This document shows positions 37,442-49,840 of a DNA stretch of 64,000 nucleotides, piece after piece (position 1 is the stretch's first letter; the number at the start of each line of letters is the position of its first letter). The position numbers and the translations under genes were made by a program. The stretch lies in assembly GCF_044704955.1 (NCBI RefSeq), contig NC_091979.1:250604001-250668000 (forward strand). The letters run 5' to 3'. The DNA is from Pristiophorus japonicus (taxonomy: Eukaryota). The notes under the pieces are model-generated. The model was not told the origin of the DNA. It was given only the letters and a program-made list of their open reading frames with translations, and searched no databases.

Positions 37442-39279
37442 GTAAAAAATGTCCCTGTCTTATTTGATTTCTTGATAAATATACATGTCCCCCCCAAAAA
37501 AAAGTGGATTAAAGTCGGGGTAAATGAAAGCCAAGCGCTGTTTATGTGGTTGCCACTGACTGTACCCGCCATTTTATATATTTTTAATTTATTTTTCAAA
37601 TCCGACTGACCTTACAGCTGGGAAGCTGTGACTGAGGAAAGTATATCAAACTTTTCAAATAAACATAACAGCTTTTCCTCTTTGCAAACATTTTGTGTGT
37701 GTGTGGTGAGTAGTGCAAAGAGTTGGAGGGAAAAGAAAATGCAGAGCTAATTTTTTATGGGGGGGGAAAGAGGGTTTCGAGCGCCATCTGTAATCAGCTG
37801 ATTGTCAGATTTACAGTTTTGAAAACACACAATGATGTGAAATGTGAAAAGGGGGTCCCACGGAAATACCGATATATTTCACATCTGAATTTTATCTCAT
37901 GGCATTTTACCTGTAAGGATAGTTCATAAATTCCTCCCCCCCCCCCATGTACCTGTAATTTACAGTACAATAATTTACAGAATAAAAAAAATCTAATGTA
38001 CATAAACGATAAAAAATAGGAAGAGACCCAATTATTTCAGTTGTATTTTCTTGCATGTCAGAGACTGTTACGGGAATCGTGCAATATAATTGGAGGATCA
38101 AGGTCTTGCATTCAGTTATTTATGTTTAACTAATTCTGTGTGGTCTCGATGAGCAAAATAGACATTTTATGGTTGAGGTCATGGAAATTTGTGAGTAAAA
38201 TTTAATTAACCCTCATCATGATACACACAATTGTTTTGCTCTCCCTAAATAATACTTTGTTTCACCTAAATAAACATAATTCAAAGTGTGGCTTGAAACT
38301 GGTTATTTTTAAGTAAACATTCAAACTGCTCACCTGTCAATTTCTATTAATTTTTTTTGGAATCAAATGTTTCTTTCTAGATGGTGTAACATAAAAAATG
38401 TAGGAGAGTTTATGACTAATCATTACTGTGTGGTATGTAGATTATGGAAATGTTTTGACTACATGCTCGAGATGAAAGGCAATATTGCAACTAAAAATAA
38501 TCTGGGTTTTTTAATTAGAGGTTTTAATTTTCAAATTGCAATATAATGCAAACTCAGTGCTTTATAGTGCATGTCATTGCTAAAACAGGTTTTGATGTGT
38601 CTGTCCCCTTCCCACTTCCAGCATAACAGGAGGGGGTCATTTTTCTTGGTGTAAAGGTGATACCAAAACTTGCTGAAGCCAAAATAAACACAATGCATAA
38701 GGAGTCTCAATGGTCAAGTGACATCCACATATGCATTTGATATTCGCCCCCTCAAATTTTTCCCCTTCTCTTGGGGAAGGCACTCACATCTGCTATGGTG
38801 CAGTTCAATGGGGGCTAGTGGCCTCCCAGTACCTCACACAAGTCTCCTAAATACCTCATCTGTGACTTGAGACAGTAAGTGCTGTCTGCCAATTCACTGT
38901 GGCTGGTATAGTTCAGATCAATCCTGCCCTCATCAGACATCCACGCCCACATTTTGCTCTTAAGTTTTTTGATGAAATCAAAAGCAGGAACTACAGCTTA
39001 TTTCATTGCCCTCCCTAATCCAGCCCAATTGCAACACACCTATCACCCACTGTTAAATCTGCTAACTCAGCACAGATCAGAAACTGGACCTGGTATCTTC
39101 TCATCTGCAATATGCCGTGCAGTGCATTTAAGTCATAGGTGAAGCCTCAGATGATTATCTTTAGGTACCAACTAGTAAAGTTTCAGTTCATTGTTAACCA
39201 ATAAGATGGCTAAACTGATGCCTGATTATCAAAGGCTATTAGTTCAGCGTGGAGTGCTGTTGTTTTAGTTATATGCCTC

Positions 39280-39842
39280 CCACATTCCACCCTACGTAAA
39301 CTAGAGATGATCCAAAACTTGGCTGTCCGTGTCCCAACTCGCACCAAGCCCCACTCACCCATCACCCCTGTGCTCATTGACCTACATTGGCTTCCGGTTA
39401 AGCAACGTCTCGATTTCAAAATTCTCCATGGCCTTATTTTCGCATCTCTCCGTGGCCTCGCCCCCCCCCTATCTCTGTAATCTTCTCCAGCTCCACAACC
39501 CCACCCCCCCCCGCTCCCCAAGATGTCTGTGCTCCTCTAATTCTGCCCTCATGAGCATCCCTGATTGTAATTGCCCAACCATTGGTGGCCATGTCTTCTG
39601 TTGCCTAGGCCCCAAGTTCTGGAACTCCCTACCTAAATCTCTCCGCCTCTCTACCTCACTTTCCTCCTTCAAGACGCTCCTTAAAACATACCTTTTTGAC
39701 CAAGCTTTTGGTCACCTGCGCTAATTTCAACTTATGTGGCTCGGTGTCAAATTCTTATCGCATAATACTCTTGTGAAGCGCCTTGGGACATTTCACTATG
39801 TTAAAGATTAAAGGTGCTATATAAATACAAATTGTTGTTGTT
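39280..39842 (+). mobile_element. L2-clade LINE 3' fragment
   Basis: QN.A.RV, HITPVL..LHWLPV, FKTLLKTYLFDQAF; tail GTGAAGCGCCTTGGGAC...TATATAAATAC..(TTG)n. Confidence 0.85.
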
Positions 39843-39895
39843 TAATTAATTTTCAGTCAGTTTAAGAATTGAATGGGCTCACCCCCCCCCTTCCA

Positions 39896-40345
39896 GTGTC
39901 AGCTGTGGCTCAGTGGACAGCAGTCTCGCCATTGAGTCAGAAGGTTGTGTGTTCAAGTCCAATTCCAGAGTTTTGAGCATAAAAATCTAGGCTGACACTC
40001 CAGTGCAGTACTGAGGGAGCGCTGCACTGTTGGAGGTGAGGTCTTTTGGATGAGACATTCAAACGAGGCCCTGTCTGCTCTCTCAGGTGGACATAAAAGC
40101 ACTATTTCAATAAAGAGCAGGGGAGCTATCCTGGTGTCCTGGCCAATATTTATTCCTCAATGAGCATCACCAAAAACAGTTTATCTGGTCGTTATCACAT
40201 TGCTGTTTGTGGGAGCTTGCTGTGTGCAAATTGGCTGCCGCATTTCCTACATTACAATAGTGACTACACTTCAAAAGTTCTTAATTGGCTGTAAAACACT
40301 TTAGGACGTCCTGAGGTTGTGAAAGGAGTTATAGAAATGCAAGTC
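39896..40345 (+). mobile_element. SacSINE1-like SINE
   Basis: Colinear with the other copies. Confidence 0.85.
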
Positions 40346-41379
40346 CTGTGGTAAATTCACTAATAGTGTGGTACTGAGCTGTCCAGACCAGAAAGAATTC
40401 AAGTTCCATTCCAAGACACTAATCTCATCTAAGGTGGTATTGGGATTGCTACAGTTGGACTCAGCGCTCCAAGCTAGGAAGGATGAGAAATAATCCAATT
40501 TACCTGCTTCTGAGCACTGACTAGTAACCAGTGCCATAATGAGTTTGTATGTTAGATGTCAAATGAGAGCAGGATAGGGATGAGCTTTGTTGACTCCCAC
40601 AAACAAATAATCTTTACAGGCATTGGATGAAGGCAGGATTGGGTTCTGCTCTAAAGCCCTCATCCTTGATTACCTGCTGCTTACTATCAAGGTTCACACA
40701 TGAACCATAGTCACAGGCTAGGTACCAGAGAGCTACTAGTGGCCTTGAAATTGTACCCTGCCATGGGACGATATCCTTTTTGGAGTGAGAAATTTTTGGA
40801 AAAATTAATATATATTCCTTGCATTGAAATATGTTTTTAAAGTTCTGCTTTGATGTAATTTTTTGATAGGTGATAAGTTGAATGTATTTTTGGATGACAC
40901 ATTGAATATACAAAAATACATTCAACTGTCATCCCTCAAATGCTAGCTAGTTTGAACATTTTCTAAAATGATACGTTCAGGAATTCATCGGTGTAAGTGA
41001 ATGTTTCATTTAAGTTGTTTAAATAACTTGAAGAAATCTGTACATTGCTTTGTGTATAACTACACTTTTACTGCAGATCATGATATTGTGGTCTAATTGA
41101 GTGGCGATAGGTAGCCAGAAGCCTCGCTGCTTGTTTTTTTGTTTGTTCTTGGAAGCCTTTCTTGATGATGTTACGATGCATATTCAAATGAAAGAATGTT
41201 TTTAATCTACTGTTGACTTCTTATTGGCCATTCCCCCTATAATCAGGGGTTGGTGTCTTTCTCCTATGATTCACAGTGGGACTTTGGAATTCACAGATTT
41301 TTTAGGGCATTTTATTTCTCCAATTAAAAAGGAGCAACATTATTAATATTGGATTTTAACCATAGGGAAACATGCTCGT

Positions 41380-41730
41380 TGTATAGTTAAATATGGAAAT
41401 CATCTCCAGCTTCAGAACAGGAAGGTCCAAGATTCAATCTTTGGTCTGTGCTGTGTTATCTGATCCCAGTTGTGGCATTCCACCTGGCCTCAGCATCCCT
41501 GGTTTGGGGACAAACAAAAATCAATCCAAATTCCTGCCTATGATTGCTGTCCAATGGCTCCTGCTGGGAAGTTGGGTGAAGACAGGATCAGGCTCAGCAG
41601 TGGCGTCTCTCAAGATCTAATAGCCTACTGACACTCACTCTTTAGGTATAAGAACGGCCACTTGGATAAAATACCAAAGGGCAAGTGGCACGTGCGAGTC
41701 AGCACCTTCAGTAGAGGAGGGAAGAATATT
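41380..41730 (+). repeat. Old dispersed SINE-like repeat (related pieces at ~33500-33650, 38740-39130, 40370-40760, 49320-49490)
   Basis: Shared blocks such as TAGCCTACTGACACTCAC, GGCCACTTGG and GAGTCAGCACCTTCAG in both orientations; family not identified. Confidence 0.4.
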
Positions 41731-41851
41731 GGAGGAACAAAAAAAAACACAGGTTAATTAAGTTTAAATGTGACCAGTTTACTTCTCACTGGTTCTGATA
41801 GAGATGTTTTAAAAATGCATTCAAAATAACTGCTAAATTTCTGTCTTGCAG

Positions 41852-41881
41852 ATCTACACACAATGAATTAGAAAAGAACCG
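41852..41881 (+). CDS. MXD1: MXD1-like exon 3 (30-nt exon, basic region)
   Basis: TTGCAG acceptor, (R)STHNELEKN(R), CG|GTAAGT donor; phase 2-2, in frame with exon 2. Confidence 0.92.
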
Positions 41882-43566
41882 GTAAGTCACTTTCAAAAAG
41901 GACTGTCACTCACTTATGTATGTAATGGGCATGAAGATTTCATTTTCATATATATATTAAATTGTATGTAATTTTTAATTTCTAAAACCTGAGTCATAAG
42001 ACCTGACTTACAATAAAATAAGGAAGGCGGCTACCAATTTTGATATGGGTCTAACTTTGAGAGTCAGAGAAGCAATGTGTTTGCAAAATGCAAGAAGATG
42101 TCTGACCTACTTTAACCAGAAAATCTGTATGCAGAATACTGATTGCCTTTTTTTTCCTGACATACTGAACTCTGATTGGATCACATGATAGTGTTGTTGC
42201 TAAGGTGTCAGGTTACTGAGGCACTGTTAGTGAGCTCTTATAATGTGAGGAAAAAACCTGAATGGTCACATCATTCCAGAAGCAGAACTGTTATTTACTC
42301 TACAGAAACAATCCATCATGCACCGTGCTCTAACTTTTCATTGAATTGGTAGAAGTAGAATGGCACAAAAAATTGCAGTGTTCTGGGGGTTTCATTGACC
42401 TCAGAGAAATTTCACAATTTTCCAGAATTATTTTTCATTGTTGATTTACAATGTGCTGATTTGAAAATTAACGTTTTATTCTAAACTATTGTGCCCAAGG
42501 TGACAGTTTTCATGCTGAAGATAGTTTAGCATTAACACCAAGCACTCCTAAATTGAAGAGTAACGCTCCCTTTATTTTGCTGCAACAGTGTGCTTCCCCG
42601 GAACCCATATTTTAGAAAGGCATCCCCTGTGACATTAGACAGGAGTTTTCCATTGCTCATAGCAGCCATCTTCTGGCATCTGAGTGTGATTTTCAATTCA
42701 TTGCTTATTTTTGGCATTTTGTGTTGAGGACTTTTGCCTGTTCAGACCTGGGTTGAGGCTATCCAATCGCATTTTAGTTAGTACCTATACAACCACAGAA
42801 GGAGGAGACTTCCGTCCAGTAAGTCAGCATGCGATTTGAACCATGTCCTGGAAGTGAAAAGGCAATGTACCAAGAGACTGCCATCCAGTCTCTTTGGCTT
42901 TTATAATTTTGTGAAAAATAACCTGCTATGTGAATGATCTTTTAATAGTATTGCATCACTCACTCCCCTGCTGTGACATTTAATCATGTTCCTTAAGATT
43001 ATCCAATGTTTATAATTAATTTGTTGTGGTGATGATACTGTAGAACTGTTTAATTGCATGCAATAAACATTTGTTGAGTGGTTCCATATTTGCACTCTAA
43101 ATTTTAAATCATGCATCAACTTCTGCTTTCCAGAATACACTTTGTAGTTGGGTATTTTCACAGTAATTATATTTCCCTAGGCTAGTTATTTCTATAAAAA
43201 TTAATTTTTTAATGTGGAAAATAACAGTTTTTACATTATAATAAAGACAGACATGAGGGGTGGAAGAAAAATTGGTAGGTAAATTGCAGCACATATTCTG
43301 GAGTAAAACATTGAGTTACATATAATCATACAACTCCTGATGAGTGATTTATTTTCTGTAATTCACAGCTGAAATCGGCCCTAATGAATATAGCCCGAGT
43401 TATTTCATTCTGCTCTACATTGTGCAGAGGATGGAATGGTTGGTAGTTTGACATGAGTGCTGTTGTGTTCTGATGTGTACTTGGATTAGGGCAGCATGTG
43501 TTTGTGCAGTGCTACATTTCATCTGGTTTAAGTCCTGTAAAAGAAGCTTCCGTGCCACTTTTACAC

Positions 43567-44133
43567 GAGGCAAATTTTCCCCACCTACAAAATTTTTTAA
43601 ACTGGCGCACAGACCCTAAAAACATCATTAGGAAAACCCCTACCTGCAGTTAGAGAATCCACGCTGGCCTACTGCTATCCCTGGCCGAAGGGACTTCCAT
43701 TTAGTCTGCAATTTAACTTACCTTACAGTTTAAGACAAAATATAAACTATAAACCGCTATAAATATAAAATAAATAAAAACTCACCCATATTGATGATCC
43801 TATGATGAAAAAAGAATGATGGCAGGAAAAAAATCCTTACCTTTTTCCATAGATGTCCTCACGGATGCACAGTTGGATCACAAAAATAATTTTTTTTTTA
43901 CATTCGTGCACAACGTGCATCCGCAGTGGGTTAGAATATTTTTTTTTCCTCGCATGCGCTGTGCCGTTTCAGTGCTCATTGGAGGCTCCGCCTTGCAGAG
44001 TTGAATCAGGTAGTGCTGGTGCCAGAGAGTGCGCATATGGTGGAGAAAATACTACTTTAAATTTTCAGCACTGAGGTGCCTAAAAAAAAAGGTAAGTTGA
44101 GGGCATTTTTTTCCTTTGGGGAAATTTTAGGCC
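43567..44133. mobile_element. Harbinger-like non-autonomous TIR element
   Basis: GAGGCAAATTTTCCCC ... GGGGAAATTTTAGGCC imperfect TIRs. Confidence 0.5.
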
Positions 44134-44145
44134 AATGCCTGGCTC

Positions 44146-44181
<36 letters not shown>

Positions 44182-44565
44182 CTGGGGATGATTTTTCTCC
44201 TTACCACTTGGGGCAGTTCGCCATTACAGGTACAAAATCCCTAACCACCAAACTCTCAAATGTTCCACTTGAGCTGGTGCAAAATGTATTATTTATTTAG
44301 TTATATTTATTATGACTTATTATTATGTTAATGACTTTACATGTTGGATAAGTCATTTTCATGAGTGCTGTCATGTGTTGGTCTAGCTATTTGAAATGTA
44401 TTTGATCCAATTCTTAACTTCATTATAGAACTTCATTAGAATTTCTGGGTAGAGAAGTCTATGCTTCTATTGAAACAAAGAAAACGTTTTAACAGCACTC
44501 AACCAAATAAAGGGATGATGGGTTGAAAATAATAATGACCTTTCCCTAGCATGGTGGTAACTGTC

Positions 44566-44717
44566 ACAGGTGGGACAGATGGTGGGACATAGGTGGGACA
44601 CATGACAAAGTTTGTGGCTCTCGTTTTGGACTGTTCAGCCACCAAAGAACTCAATTCAGGAGTGGAAGCAAGTCTTCTTCGATTCCAAGGGACTGCCTAT
44701 GATGATGATGATGATGA
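44566..44717 (+). mobile_element. Short RTE 3' insertion with inverted 5' end
   Basis: GGAGTGGAAGCAAGTCTTC...GACTGCCTAT(GAT)n matches the 8016 element; 10-bp TSD GGTAACTGTC (44556-44565 / 44718-44727). Confidence 0.85.
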
Positions 44718-45211
44718 GGTAACTGTCTATTGTCCACTAACGAGGTAGAAAATTGATAGCCTGGGTATACTTTTTAAACCATTAGAACCAGGTAGTGAAT
44801 ACATAACAAGGAATATTGCAGTATTCAGAAAGGTTACAGTTACCTAACTTTGTTTCAAGTAGCTTGCCTCTGTTTTCTCTCTGTGTCCATGAAAAAGTAC
44901 AGATAGCTTTAAATGCGGATTTGTGACTTTAGTAAATTGAAGATATTATATTATAATTACAGTAATATTGAGAACATGGGCAGGTAATCTTGTCTTAGAC
45001 TTCTGCCTTTGTCATTCTCAAAGGGTTGCAAGAAAGTAGCCTGGTGCATTAATGATGTGGCGGATTACACGCTCTCCATTTGACCTCTTTGTTTGGCGAA
45101 GTATCTTAACTCTGCTTGCTGCTCCCTTCTCACAACCTGGTCGAGAACAGGAATCTGCCATGTGGACTATCCTGAGTGTGCACATATGCACACTCATCAT
45201 TGTAGAACAGT

Positions 45212-46521
45212 CGGGTGATTTTAACTCTCCCCAATTGGCTCCATTCCCCGCTCTCTTCCCACTGATCTATGATTTTAATGCTGCAAGTTTTGGCAGTCCA
45301 TGAGACACCCACCATACTCCTGTGGGAGTCTCATGAATAAATGCAAATCAGAGTCCTATGACACACATGGAACTCTAATAGAATTTTAACAGTCTCCTGA
45401 GCGGGGCAGCTGCTCTGTCAGGTAATCCAGTTGTAAAGCCAGCAAGGCCCACTAAACCAAGTTTAAAAAAAAAAACATTTTAGTAGATCCTGGAGGAACA
45501 GGAGTGGTCCTCCAAGCCCCACAAGGAAATTCGAGAGGGGAGAAATTTGGTTGTTTGACGCCACCATTAGCGCCAGAGAGGGTTGCTAAGGGGCCGCCAA
45601 ACACCGACTGCCTGAGTGCTGTGCTATGACAGCCTGCTGCGAACTTCACTGGTAGTTTAGTGGCGGCGCTATCATTTAGCGCTGCGCACTCTAGCGCACC
45701 CACTTGGTGACATCAAGAATGTGCGACGCGTTTCCGAAATTGCTTTCGCCTCTGTAGCGCCTGCCGCTATTCCCGACAGGGAAGCAGACGGTGCACAGAG
45801 GATCCCAGGGTGATATCACAGGTATTGAAGAGGTAAGTGCTGAGAGTCAAATTTTTAACAATTACTTGCCACTCTTACCTGTGGACGCTGTTGGTAGCCT
45901 CCCTTCCATTTTTTTGCAGGTTTCACATGGTCGACCTCACATCCTCTTTAGGCGCTAGGATGCCGGTATCGCTCTACTGCCCTGCGATGTGAGGCGCCTT
46001 TGGACATTTCACTATGTTAAAGACGCTATATAAATACAAGTTGTTGTTTAGCTCCCTAAGACGATTGTGCATCGCTTCTCTTAGTGCTCCACTCTCCTCT
46101 TGGGGCTATACAACTGAATATCGCACTTTGAGGTGGGAGACATTGCCCGGCACTAAAGGTAGCACCCCGATGGCGTCACCGTTTCAAAGCGGGCAATACT
46201 GAATTTCTAGCCCTAGGTCTCTGCTGTCCCAGGCTCCTCAAACCCCTGCCACCTGTGCCCCACCCACGAGACCCTGCAAACGCTACCCCCTTCCCGGATT
46301 TAACTTGCCACCACCGGCCATCTTCCGATGCTGGTGGGTGGCCTCTGGGTCACCTGGTTTTCCTCCTTCCCTGCTGACCAGCTGTTGCTTTCTGATGGAA
46401 ACAGCTAAGCAGCTGACCAGCGTGATTCAAATTAGGCACAGCAGTTAAAATCTGCTGAGTCTCTGACTTAGACACCTGGACGGAATTTCCGTCCATTCCT
46501 ACTGGGAGTTAAAATCAGCTC
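45212..46521. mobile_element. Nested TIR elements: outer element with an inner Harbinger-like element (45537-46213) that holds an L2 tail (~45989-46048)
   Basis: Outer GGGTGATTTTAACTC / GAGTTAAAATCAGC; inner GGGGAGAAATT / AATTTCTAGCCC. Confidence 0.6.
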
Positions 46522-48327
46522 TAGTAAATTCAAACAAAAATACATTCAACCAATTGTGGATGCAATACAATCCGATTTTACTAAAATTGATGTGTGACTT
46601 CCAGAGATTGGAGAAATGGAGATAAAGCAATCCTGCTTAATTCCTTCAAAAAGGACTTTTCTTATCTGGTTGCCAATCAGATTGGCATTTAAAGGGATGG
46701 ATATAGATTTATCATCAATCATTTGATTTTAACTGAGTTTGGACCTTACAAAACCTTCTTAAACTTATTTTTCTGACCACACTTTCAACCCTCTTCCCAA
46801 ATGTTTCCTCCTACTGGGTATGACATTGAACTATGAAATGCCTTAGGAGATTTTGCTGTATGAAAGACACAATGGTTGTGAGCTGTTGTTGGCAATAACT
46901 GGCGTCACCAGAGATGTAGATGCAAAGGTTTGAGCCATCTGTTCGAAGGATACCTGCAAATACCATGCAAATACCATAGAGATGGCATATGCAGTGACGG
47001 TAATGGTCAGCTGTGGCCTGAAACTTGATGATTATTATGCAGTACCATCTTGACTTCAGCCATAAACAAGTTTGGGAGCTGGGCTCATGCCTGCAGCATG
47101 GGTTTCCTTATTACCTGTCTCAGTATCCTGCCCCTTCAGCCATGGCACAGACTGCTAATGGATTGAGATGCCGTTTAAAGCTCCTCAGAGTCTTTCAGTA
47201 CGCTCGTCTTGAATTAACCCCATCCCTTTAAATTTGATTTGCATGCAGTTTTCCTCTCCCATTACTAGACCCATCTAAATCTATATCTGAAAATATGATT
47301 ACAAGCTGATCTTGGAAAATTGGGTTCACTTCCATTTGAATCTGTCTAAAATCCACTTGAGGAGCCTGCAGCTATGCTTTAATTTCCTACCCCTGCTATC
47401 AGCCCTAGACCCTGCCAGGAGGTGAGCCAGCATCAGAAATGCTCCCACACCATGTTAATGGTTCAGGACAGGAAATTCTGGTGCTCCTGGACCTGAATAC
47501 TTACCTCTGTAATCCCTGAAAAACACCCTTTCCTGTAGATTTACCAACTAATGCAAAGCTAATTGGTTACAGTTAGCATTATATTTGAATAGATAATACA
47601 ATATTTTCTTACTCAATATTTACCCTTTGGTTAGGAGGGCAGGTTGGCCCAGCACATGGAAGAGAACATGTGTATAAGCAGAGGGCAACACTAACATTTT
47701 TCCAGGGCCTCAAAACTCTTGAACTTGTTATGCCGCTAAGGCTGTCCTTCCTTTCACAATCTCAAGACTTTTAAAATGTAAGCTTGGCATTACTTAATCA
47801 TTATTTCCTGATTTACCATAGCTTTCTTCTCTTTGGTATGTTCAACCATGGTAGTGTTGTACTGTACAGGCCTTGGCCCTTCACCTTGGCTTCTCAGTTT
47901 TAAAAGAAGAACTCTACAGAAAGCATTGGAGCTACTTCTTGAGCTTATCAGGATTTACTGAGCTATTTGGAAAGGGACCATTTTCACCAAATATTTTTCA
48001 GCTGAGAGGGTAGGACAGCTTTGAGATTTGATTTCCTCATTGAATCCTGTTGATGCTGCTTTGTGACTGGTTTAGTAAACATTGTGACTTGAACAAATGA
48101 GCACAACAATGCCTACTTTTCCTACCCTAAGATGAAAAACGATCAGACTGCTATACAACACTTAATGTCAAATTGTCAGGTTGTTTAATCAACGTGTGCA
48201 ACTAAGGCAGCTACATTAAATGCTCAGCTTGAGAATTGAAGCTTAGCGACTTTTTCTATTGGGGTGCTAGCTTAGTTGAAAGTTAGTTTCTGATCATAAG
48301 ACTATCTTTGTTAATAAAAAACACTAT

Positions 48328-48952
48328 GGTCTGTATTTTTGGTTGAGATAATTTCGGGGCGTTAATCATGGCAGGATGGTAATTATAGCGCTCGAGAAAA
48401 GTTTGCGCCTCAGTCAGCAAAATTCTTCAGCTGGCCTCTGAGTGTGGGGCGGAGCACTAAAGGAGGCATTACACACCTTTTTGGGCGCAAGGCCGGCTGA
48501 GCAACTGAAAATCTGTTGCTAAAGAGCCGGCCTCTGAGCGCCCTAATAGAGGCTTCTGTGGCAAAAAGAAAATTGCAACTAAAAACACAACAAACATTCC
48601 TAATAGCTTAAACACCCCACAATAAGCTACATTGCAAAAATAAAAATAAACAAAATAATCAAACTTGCCTCATTCACTAATTCTATCATTGACCGCTGTC
48701 AGGACAGCGGCGGTCCCACCGAGGGGCACTATAGGGTCAGCGTACAACAAATTTCAACGTGCAGTCGAAACCGATGACGTTGCACGTCGGCTCGATGCCC
48801 CCGGGCGGTGCTGCTCGGCACCCCCACAAAATCGACAACAAATCTGCCGGCAGGGCGCTCGAAGCTGGCCGCCAGGCTGGAAAGCAGTTCCTCCGACATT
48901 ACTGCCCCTCCGGAGCATGAACAGAGGCGGCAACATAACGAAAATCCAGCCC
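48328..48952. mobile_element. Harbinger-like non-autonomous TIR element
   Basis: GGTCTGTATTTT ... AAAATCCAGCCC termini; GC-rich subterminal arms. Confidence 0.55.
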
Positions 48953-49840
48953 GACCTTTTTAAAAATTATCCATCTAAGTGTAGCAAAGTAGATTCTGAG
49001 GATGGCTTGTTGCCATGAGTTGAAATACTTGTTGCCACACTGATACCATCACCCTGTCATATTAAACTATAATGGAGACTGGAATTGATGGGAATGGTCA
49101 GGATTGTGGGACGACCTTGTAGGTATGTGAGCTTGCAGCTAGGGGGAATTGGAAGATACAGTTTTAGACTAAGAAATATAGAAGTGGGACTGCAACAAAT
49201 TTTCATAATTTGTCACAGCCCAACTCTCAGAAGTACGCGTTAAGAACTGTTGAAGTTGACTTGGGTTCTACTTCTGATTGCTGGAAGATATGAAAGTCAA
49301 AAGATCAGTTGGTTCAGCTGTGGTGTTCCCCATAGCCTTAAAAGAATATCAATACTTGTAGTCCAAGCTTGCACTTGAAGAATGGCCAAATGTGCAAGGT
49401 ACTAAAGGATTGCCAGTGCCCATACCTGGTAATCCATACCTCAGTATGACTCACTACTTCAGGACAAGGAGGTATGAGTAGGAAATTGGAGAAAAAATGT
49501 AATGTTACTTGGCCTTAAGTATAATTGTACAAGCATTTTACAGCTTTACATTTGTTTTTCAAAGAGCTGACTGAAAGTCTTCATTCTAATTTTGCATGTC
49601 TAGGTGAGGTATAGAGAAAAAAATAACTAAGCAGCTCTCAGTGTGTATAGTTAGTTCCAGGATGTGGTCATTGTGGTATAAACATAACAAGCAACTTAGC
49701 CCGTATCACTTCCTCTTTTCAATCTTAAAGTGGGCATTTTGGTAAACCAGAACAACACAATTTGAAAAATATGCTGTCAGTTTCATGCATAATTGGCAGG
49801 TTGGATTGCTGTCCTCTCGAGGTCTTAAAATCAGCACATT

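Noticed and set aside
37192-37599. 135-aa antisense ORF over exon 2
   Set aside because: Low-complexity, no motif; likely chance.
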